Source: a virus. Taken from it: DNA of 64,000 nucleotides. The translations under genes were made by a program, and so were the position numbers. Each line of letters begins with the position of its first letter. The stretch's first letter is position 1. The notes beneath the pieces are model-generated. The model was given only the letters and a program-made list of their open reading frames with translations, ran no database searches and was not told the DNA's origin. Shown piece after piece: positions 57,643 to 64,000 of this stretch. Location: positions 3,826-67,825 of the IMG/VR virus record IMGVR_UViG_3300009060_000001. One strand, given 5' to 3'.

Positions 57643-58651
57643 TTTTTTTGATTTAGATAAACAGGCACAACAGCAAGAAATCATTTCCAACCTGGAGAGC
57701 TACGATTATTTTATCGTAGCTTATTCAGGGGGGAAAGATTCTACGGCTGCATTCCTGCATCTGTTAGAGCTGGGCGTTGATCCAGACAAGATCGAGCTGT
57801 GGCATCACGATGTTGATGGGCGCGATAGTCCCCGGCTTTTTGACTGGCCATGTACGGATGCGTATTGTAGGGCGTTCGCGGATGCGTTCGATGTGGATCT
57901 ATATTATTCCTGGAAGCCTGGAGGAATGGAAGCCGAGATGAACCGCGAGAATCAAAAGAGCATTCCTACAAAATTTGAAAGCCCTAAAGGACTGCAAACG
58001 GCTGGGGGTGGAAAAGGAAAATCAAAGACTGTAAAGAAATTTCCAGCTGTGGGAGCCATAACCGATGGGCGCTGGTGCAGTGCGATCCTAAAAATAGATG
58101 TTTCGCGTGTGGCCATTAATAACCAAGACCGCTTTATAGGCAAAAGGGTGTTGTTTATTACTGGCGAGCGCGCCGAAGAATCTGCCAACCGGGCCAAGTA
58201 TAATCCCATCGAAGTGCATCATACCGATAACCGCGATGGAAAGCGAAGAATCCGGCATGTGGATCATTGGCGACCGGTGCTGTATTGGGATGAAATGGAT
58301 GTATGGGAAATCATTGGCCAGTATAACGTAAATGTGCATCCGGCTTATCATTTGGGGATCAACCGGGTAAGCTGTGCATGGTGCATCTTTGCCAGTCCTG
58401 ATCAACTGGCCACTGTTAACCTGGTACTGCCAGAGCAAGGCGTAAAGATCCGCCGGTACGAGATAGATTTCAATCACACGATCCGGAAAGATCAAACCCT
58501 GGAGGAAACCTTGGCCAAGGGCCAGCCGTTCGAAGATGCAACGCCGGAGCTTATCGAAGCAGCTAAGAGCGAAGAATTTAATCAATGTATCATCTTAGAT
58601 AACTGGAAAATGCCAGCTGGAGCCTTTGGGGATGCAGCTGGCCCAACTTGA
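57629..58651 (+). CDS. PAPS reductase (PP-loop) family protein
   Basis: VAYSGGKDS, RWCSAILK, GERAEESANR, HPAY..G..RVSCAWC. Confidence 0.88.
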   Translation: MDQLSFFDLDKQAQQQEIISNLESYDYFIVAYSGGKDSTAAFLHLLELGVDPDKIELWHHDVDGRDSPRLFDWPCTDAYCRAFADAFDVDLYYSWKPGGMEAEMNRENQKSIPTKFESPKGLQTAGGGKGKSKTVKKFPAVGAITDGRWCSAILKIDVSRVAINNQDRFIGKRVLFITGERAEESANRAKYNPIEVHHTDNRDGKRRIRHVDHWRPVLYWDEMDVWEIIGQYNVNVHPAYHLGINRVSCAWCIFASPDQLATVNLVLPEQGVKIRRYEIDFNHTIRKDQTLEETLAKGQPFEDATPELIEAAKSEEFNQCIILDNWKMPAGAFGDAAGPT

Positions 58652-58669
58652 AATCAACCACTGATACCA

Positions 58670-58957
58670 ATGAAAGAACTAACTAAAAAAATGTACGAGA
58701 ATCGGGATCACATTGCGGAAGCCCTGGGCAACCGGGACGATTATTTTGTCCATCAGCAAGATGAGAATATCATCCTTGTTAGAAACCATAAAGATTTAGT
58801 TGGACCTATGGATCAGTCCATCGACTGGACAGTAATTCTAATCGAAGGGGGGATCTGGCAATACAACTTTACCAATAAATCAGTGAGCGAAAATTCAAAG
58901 TACGTGCCGGTACAGGATGCAATCAAGAAAATTCTAACAGATGCTAACTTAAATTAA
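58670..58957 (+). CDS. Hypothetical protein
   Basis: 95-aa ORF in operon. Confidence 0.65.
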   Translation: MKELTKKMYENRDHIAEALGNRDDYFVHQQDENIILVRNHKDLVGPMDQSIDWTVILIEGGIWQYNFTNKSVSENSKYVPVQDAIKKILTDANLN

Positions 58958-58983
58958 TCCTAAAATAAAAGAGCTCTAACCCA

Positions 58984-59256
58984 ATGGCAGTTACCGAATC
59001 AACCAAAGCATTGAAGTACGTTACAACGTGCTTGCACTCAACCTTACTTAAACTGGCCTACCCGGAGCATTCCAACAATCCCAAGACGCTTGTGAAGCAG
59101 AATATATCTGAAATCGAGCGCTGCCTGGAAACCATCAAAGAAGAAGATGAAGTTAATGAGATGGTATGGCCAATCCTGGAGGATCTGAAAGCCGTAGCCG
59201 AACGATCCTGGGATATTCGCAACGGTGAAGACCCGGAGCAATCGAATTTATTTTAA
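58984..59256 (+). CDS. Hypothetical protein ending QSNLF
   Basis: 90-aa ORF. Confidence 0.65.
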   Translation: MAVTESTKALKYVTTCLHSTLLKLAYPEHSNNPKTLVKQNISEIERCLETIKEEDEVNEMVWPILEDLKAVAERSWDIRNGEDPEQSNLF

Positions 59257-59279
59257 TCTCAACCAACCAAATAAATACA

Positions 59280-59537
59280 ATGAGTAAATCTCAAATGGGA
59301 GCATTCGTTCAATTCTGTGGCCACAACGGCGGATTTGTCGCTGACATCTTCGAAGTTGAGGGCGCTAATGTAGTTGTAGCTAATGAAAAGGTTACTCCGA
59401 ATAATATTCTTCGTCCGGGCGATGAAGAATATAAAGAACCAACACATCATCTTTCCGATTTTCCGGAAGCCGGAGTATGGAAGCAACACAAAGGCTTCTT
59501 TGTCGTCCCGAAAGATCAAGTAAAACAGCTAAATTAA
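59280..59537 (+). CDS. Hypothetical protein
   Basis: 85-aa ORF. Confidence 0.65.
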   Translation: MSKSQMGAFVQFCGHNGGFVADIFEVEGANVVVANEKVTPNNILRPGDEEYKEPTHHLSDFPEAGVWKQHKGFFVVPKDQVKQLN

Positions 59538-59548
59538 CTACCGATACC

Positions 59549-59746
59549 ATGAACAATTCTGCAAAAATAGAATCCTTAGAGGATGCCGACACTAAAATCA
59601 GGGATGTAAGGAGCGAAGTTAGAAAGCTGGAAAAGAAGGATGAGTTAAATATCCATGAGCAAAACCGGCTGATAAATTGCAAGTACTACCTTAGCAAAGC
59701 CCTAAACAATCTCAATCAGGCAATTAGCTATTTATCTAATCAATAA
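59549..59746 (+). CDS. Small helical protein
   Basis: Start moved to ATG 59549. Confidence 0.6.
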   Translation: MNNSAKIESLEDADTKIRDVRSEVRKLEKKDELNIHEQNRLINCKYYLSKALNNLNQAISYLSNQ

Positions 59747-59782
59747 ATAAACTTAACTCCACTTCAATAAATCTACAGTACA

Positions 59783-60478
59783 ATGGCTGAAAAACAAAAC
59801 ATAAAGAAAGTTCACGACCGTATAGCAAGCCAATTTGGCCAGGGGAAAAGCAAGCTGCTGGCTTTTATGTATCAATGGGCCGAGCAATCGGTAGGCGGAA
59901 GCCCTACGTGTGTTTACCCGGTGTTCCCCAACGATCCACGCGCCGGAAGCTTTGAACTGGCCATCGTCAATAAACACATGGCCGGTGTCGCGCGATCCGG
60001 GATCTACATAAGCCATCAATATAGCCGACATAATGATGCAGTAGCATTGGTTAACCGAATGAACAGAGTAATCTTCGGGATTTCCCATATCCAAACAACC
60101 ATCATCGTTGAAGCTAACAAAGAGAACCAACAAGAAAAGGATGAAATCCTATTCAATAAAGCTATGGCCAAATTTGTTACGCAGCTGCCAGCGGATAAGA
60201 TTCTTTCTACTCCTGGAGTGTACGATGCTATGAAAGAAGAATATGAAGGTGCTGCCCGGGATGTGCTAAAGCGCTACCAAGCTGATCCGGGCCGGGATAA
60301 CATCGAAATAAAATATGATACCCGGGAGCTGCTGGAAATGGCCATAACAGATATGAATAGCATCCTGCAATACTTAGATCCCCAAAAAAGGAATTCGATC
60401 AAGCAGACGATCCAGCTGGCCAACAATCACCTGGAAGCGATGGATGAAATAATGCGCCATCGCGGAATCATCGAATAG
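59783..60478 (+). CDS. Hypothetical protein
   Basis: 231-aa ORF. Confidence 0.7.
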   Translation: MAEKQNIKKVHDRIASQFGQGKSKLLAFMYQWAEQSVGGSPTCVYPVFPNDPRAGSFELAIVNKHMAGVARSGIYISHQYSRHNDAVALVNRMNRVIFGISHIQTTIIVEANKENQQEKDEILFNKAMAKFVTQLPADKILSTPGVYDAMKEEYEGAARDVLKRYQADPGRDNIEIKYDTRELLEMAITDMNSILQYLDPQKRNSIKQTIQLANNHLEAMDEIMRHRGIIE

Positions 60479-60512
60479 AAAAAGTACTCTTAACTTACCA
60501 AACCCAATACTT

Positions 60513-60995
60513 ATGAACCTACAAGATTTAAAAAACCTATCGAACAAGCGCGTAGTCAATATGAAAGCGATGTATGAAAAGGCAGATCTATCGGTTAGCT
60601 CTCTTAATACACGCATTTCAAAAATGGCTGGCCAGCTATCGGTTGATGAAGCCGAGCAGCTGGAGATTGCAGCGATTGAAACCATCGGAGATATTATCGA
60701 TACACTGGAGATCAATAAATTTAAACTGGCCAACTACTTGGATATTCAGCTGCATGACAGCGAGCTAAAGAAAGGGGCTGGGGAAACCGTTGAGCCATTC
60801 GGCTTCCTGGAGCAGGGACATGGCCAAATGCCCATCCCGGTGTTTGGTCCATCCGATAAATTAAAGCGAAGAAAAAAAAGAATGGGAACGGCAGAATCCC
60901 AATTTTATGAACTGGATCAGATTCGAAATATGATTGAAAATAGCCAGGCATTTAAAGCAACCGATCGCGGGAAACGATTACTTTCGACCGCTTAG
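60513..60995 (+). CDS. Putative HTH regulator
   Basis: NMKAMYEKADLSVSSLNTRI resembles an XRE-like HTH. Confidence 0.5.
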   Translation: MNLQDLKNLSNKRVVNMKAMYEKADLSVSSLNTRISKMAGQLSVDEAEQLEIAAIETIGDIIDTLEINKFKLANYLDIQLHDSELKKGAGETVEPFGFLEQGHGQMPIPVFGPSDKLKRRKKRMGTAESQFYELDQIRNMIENSQAFKATDRGKRLLSTA

Positions 60996-61020
60996 AATCA
61001 AAATTTAAAACCAAAAAATA

Positions 61021-61050
61021 AAAAAGGCCCCAAATTTCGGGGCCTTTTTT
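61021..61050. terminator. Bidirectional intrinsic terminator
   Basis: AAAAAGGCCCC-AAATTTC-GGGGCCTTTTTT. Confidence 0.9.
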
Positions 61051-61078
61051 GTTGCTAATAGGTAAGACAACGCAAAAA

Positions 61079-61744
61079 TTACTCTTTATGGGTTCCTTCC
61101 ACTCCGCGTTGCTTCCGATCCTGCGTTCGAACGATCATTGCAGCGTGGGCAATTTTCAACGCTTCGATGGCAATATCGTTTTCCGGACAGCTCATATCGG
61201 AATTAAGATATTGCAGCCGGTCTATCAATACTTCCATCAATGCTTCGTTGGATGTACCGTTGTGGATTAGTTTCAAATCTTCCGGATCATTTTCCCTGGG
61301 TTCCTTCTTTATGAAAAGGATTTCCTGGGGAGCGCTTCGATGCGGATCTTCGAGCTGAAAGAGCTCATACTTGTGGCCCGGATTAATTACGCGGATATGG
61401 GAATGTGGCATATCTACTCCAGCATCTTCGGCAGACTCCAGCATGTGCTGAATCTTTCGCTCTACTAACATGCGCGGATTGGTGTTACCTGGATCGGGTG
61501 ATGCTGGTTTATCTTCCTGATCCATACTTTCGCGCTGTGGCCCTTGATCCTCTGCGGATGAATGCTTGGCTCCAAGATCTTCTTCGCTCACCGTTTCGGC
61601 AAGGCGTTCTATATCTTCGGACTTGGCTCCATCGCCAGCGTTATCTTCTCCGCCGTATGCTTCCGACATATCGGAAGCCCTTTCCGCGAGCTCTTTATCG
61701 GTTTCTGGCTGTTGTGGTTGATCTTGATCTTTTTCTCCTGGCAT
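61079..61744 (-). CDS. tad1: Tad1-like anti-Thoeris sponge with acidic N-terminal extension
   Basis: H.Y...I.F.K.......NGTSNEALMEVLIDRL..LN....CPENDIAIEAL..A......RTQDRKQRGVEGT matches the remembered Tad1 pattern (G....LLEIVRDRL...REN..A....EA......R.EDR..R.V.GT). Confidence 0.7.
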   Translation of the reverse strand: MPGEKDQDQPQQPETDKELAERASDMSEAYGGEDNAGDGAKSEDIERLAETVSEEDLGAKHSSAEDQGPQRESMDQEDKPASPDPGNTNPRMLVERKIQHMLESAEDAGVDMPHSHIRVINPGHKYELFQLEDPHRSAPQEILFIKKEPRENDPEDLKLIHNGTSNEALMEVLIDRLQYLNSDMSCPENDIAIEALKIAHAAMIVRTQDRKQRGVEGTHKE

Positions 61745-61756
61745 AATATCGATTAT

Positions 61757-61963
61757 TTAGAGTTTGTATTTAGGGTTTATCTTGCTGTGTAGCAATCTCG
61801 TTTGAGTGTCCGAATGAGCAGGACAAAAGAAACACTGGCCACCGGCTCCGCACGTCCATCCCCGGCGCGCAGCTGTTCCCAATATCTTACGTTTCTTACG
61901 TGGCGTAATATCTTTGATATTAAAATTTAGTTCCTCCGGACAATATTCTACGCTACAATTCAT
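61757..61963 (-). CDS. Small Cys/His-rich protein
   Basis: C....C...GW.......FCPAH. Confidence 0.55.
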   Translation of the reverse strand: MNCSVEYCPEELNFNIKDITPRKKRKILGTAARRGWTCGAGGQCFFCPAHSDTQTRLLHSKINPKYKL

Positions 61964-62012
61964 CCTTTAAAGAATCATTAATTATTATAGTGTGTGGGGT
62001 TCGGCAATCCCT

Positions 62013-62315
62013 TCATCGGTTTATCATCCAGTTCCGCCTTTTCATGGCCAGCTGCATATACGATTTTCCACCGGCGCGACCGCCACCAAACGAAATCATT
62101 CCTGGATGCCCCTGGCAGTAGCCATCTTCGTTGTGATTGTCGCACATAGGCAGCACTTTAAATCCTTCGGCCTTTTTCTCCTTGCAAATTTTACGGAGCT
62201 CTTGGGCAGATAAAGGATTTCCATTATCATCGTTAACTAATCCTTCCAAGTTTTTATCCGGCTGGCTTAATGCTCCTTCAATATCAAGAGTCAGACAATA
62301 TGTTTTTGTGCTCAT
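62013..62315 (-). CDS. Hypothetical protein
   Basis: G.KVLPMCDNH...GYCQGHP motif. Confidence 0.65.
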   Translation of the reverse strand: MSTKTYCLTLDIEGALSQPDKNLEGLVNDDNGNPLSAQELRKICKEKKAEGFKVLPMCDNHNEDGYCQGHPGMISFGGGRAGGKSYMQLAMKRRNWMINR

Positions 62316-62595
62316 AATCTTTTCGTTTTTGCGAGAATACTTTCTCGCTGATTAAGGTTGTATTTCCGGTTTGGGCCCAAAATCGCAGCTGTTGGGTTTC
62401 ATCGAATGGTTGGCCTTCTTTTTTATAATAAAAGAATTTAAAAGGAAGCTCATCATTGATTACGATTTCCACATCTTCGGAGCCGGTCGAAAAAATATCC
62501 GCTGTCTGTTGGCTCATTACAATCTGATCGTATTCAATATGAGATTCCTCCAGGCAATCAAGAATCTTCTGGAGTACCTTCTTTAATTTTTTCAT
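62284..62595 (-). CDS. Hypothetical protein
   Basis: 103-aa ORF overlapping its neighbours. Confidence 0.55.
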   Translation of the reverse strand: MKKLKKVLQKILDCLEESHIEYDQIVMSQQTADIFSTGSEDVEIVINDELPFKFFYYKKEGQPFDETQQLRFWAQTGNTTLISEKVFSQKRKDYEHKNILSDS

Positions 62596-62998
62596 TGAGA
62601 TTTCGCTTAGGATGAGATTTTATTTCCCGGAACCAATTCGGCTTAACCCGGGCCATGTAACACCACCAATTTTCAGGATCACCAAACATATTCAGGATCA
62701 TTGCAGCACGTTTCAAGCGCGCTGTGGACTCGCAGATTCCCTCCCAACGATGCAGTTTATCGCGATGCCCCTTGGGGATCTTTATGGTTATCCGATAATC
62801 ATTCCGCCGGTAGGGCAAACTACTATATTGCTCCCAGGACTGGATAAAATCCGGATTCTCTGTAAGCCATTGGCAAGGTTTCACAAAACCGTTGACTTGC
62901 TGCAACGTTATATCCGGAATTGGAATTCTGCCAAGAGTCAATCCTTGTTTTTTGATTTGTTCTATATGATGCCGACTACAAAAATGATATAGTTTCAT
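62558..62998 (-). CDS. Putative ADP-ribosyltransferase-fold protein
   Basis: LYHFCS...EQI...GL...WLT.NP pattern of ART/Tpt1-like folds. Confidence 0.45.
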   Translation of the reverse strand: MKLYHFCSRHHIEQIKKQGLTLGRIPIPDITLQQVNGFVKPCQWLTENPDFIQSWEQYSSLPYRRNDYRITIKIPKGHRDKLHRWEGICESTARLKRAAMILNMFGDPENWWCYMARVKPNWFREIKSHPKRNLNEKIKEGTPEDS

Positions 62999-63513
62999 TG
63001 CTCATCCCCCATACCATTGTAATCCTCCGGAAGATCTGATTGGTCTTTTAATTTTCGATCCAGGGCAGCCAAGGCCAGGGCAGCACCCCGAAGCAAGTCC
63101 TGAAATTCATCCTTGGGTTTCCACCATTTATTTTCAAACGGCCAGATCCATTTCCAAATTGAAACATCAAGCACAGTGTTACCCCGGTATTTATCCGGAA
63201 GCAGATATGTTGCAGCAGCTCGGGCCAGGACTGCCGGGGAATGCTGTTCGTCATGCTCGGCATCCCAGCCTTCTTCCTCTACCTGGCGGATACGCTCCTG
63301 GATCAAATGCTTTAGGCCGGGGAACGCTTTCGTTGGAAGGTGCAGCCCAATCCAGTGCGGTTGCTTTAGTTCTTGAATATCTGTATTCAGCTTCTCTAAA
63401 ATTCGCTTAATATCGTGTTCTTCGTCCTCGAAATTAAATTCTTCGGAGCATAATAGCTGTGTAAGCGCCTGAACTTTTGCTTCTACATCATCGAGTTTGT
63501 CCGGAAAAGCCAT
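62995..63513 (-). CDS. Conserved phage protein (Ead/Ea22-associated domain)
   Basis: ER.RQ...EGW..EHD..H....LA.AAA.Y...WP....WWKP......L.R.AAL..A.LDR. Confidence 0.7.
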   Translation of the reverse strand: MAFPDKLDDVEAKVQALTQLLCSEEFNFEDEEHDIKRILEKLNTDIQELKQPHWIGLHLPTKAFPGLKHLIQERIRQVEEEGWDAEHDEQHSPAVLARAAATYLLPDKYRGNTVLDVSIWKWIWPFENKWWKPKDEFQDLLRGAALALAALDRKLKDQSDLPEDYNGMGDEQ

Positions 63514-63583
63514 AATAGTAGGTTTTTTGAGTTATTGATTAATTTTTGGTTTCATATTTTGATCCTAAGAGCCTATCTAAATG

Positions 63584-63943
63584 TTAGAGGATGTACTTAT
63601 CGAGGTTACTGGCAATCTCCAGCAGCACATCCGCATGGCATGGTTTATCGAGATCGCAGAAACATATCAGATCCTTTCCTTTCAGCTTGGTTATATCAAG
63701 CTCCCCTCGGCCGATCTTTCCAATAACCCAACCGCGATATATCCCACATGCTTTTTCGGCTGCATTCTTATAATCAATAAAAGGACCGGCCCAATAATTA
63801 TCTTCCTGGTCTTTAACCCACCAAGTTCCATCTTCTTTTTCTAACCGGAACGGGTTCCCCCATCGGCTAGTGCGATCAACAATAACAGCATTGTCGGGTT
63901 TCCGCCATCCTTTCCTTCGGGATCGTTTTAATCGTTTGGCCAT
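63584..63943 (-). CDS. DUF4326 family protein
   Basis: R.KGWRKP...V.VDRTSRWGNPF...L.GKDL.CFC....PCHADVL. Confidence 0.9.
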   Translation of the reverse strand: MAKRLKRSRRKGWRKPDNAVIVDRTSRWGNPFRLEKEDGTWWVKDQEDNYWAGPFIDYKNAAEKACGIYRGWVIGKIGRGELDITKLKGKDLICFCDLDKPCHADVLLEIASNLDKYIL

Positions 63944-64000
63944 AAACTATCCTCCCACTTCTGCTTTTGCATCTTCAAACGCTTTATTGATCTTCTTCAT

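Noticed and set aside
1-64000. Apparent abundance of GATC and CCGG words
   Set aside because: Visual impression only; needs a Markov-normalised k-mer count that I cannot run

Overview
The window is most of a tailed-phage genome (podovirus-like; A/T-rich start contexts and gene content suggest an FCB-group host, which is inference). No host genes, CRISPR array, IS element or reverse transcriptase were seen. Layout: (1) a leftward replication/recombination block at 1-5.96 kb, with an initiator carrying internal iterons, ASCH, DUF5131, an Ntn/proteasome-like protease and a Sak/Rad52 annealase; (2) a rightward block of small genes at 6.0-10.5 kb; (3) a long leftward late region at 10.6-50.9 kb, with lysis genes, a 3694-aa polyvalent ejection protein, tail, major capsid, scaffold, portal, Fn3/DUF2341 proteins, patatin, TerL, a tRNA/ncRNA cluster, a tyrosine recombinase and TerS; (4) a rightward early block at 51.7-61.0 kb, with a second tyrosine recombinase, a C5 methyltransferase and a PAPS-reductase-like protein; (5) a leftward block at 61.1-64 kb including a Tad1-like anti-Thoeris protein. 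The most unusual signal is non-coding. A 10-mer TTAGGTGCTA sits directly before the start codon of seven early genes, and its antisense sequence appears at the 5' side of candidate small RNAs in the tRNA cluster. That cluster also holds tRNA-like elements with expanded loops. All functional calls come from reading motifs by eye, not from database searches.
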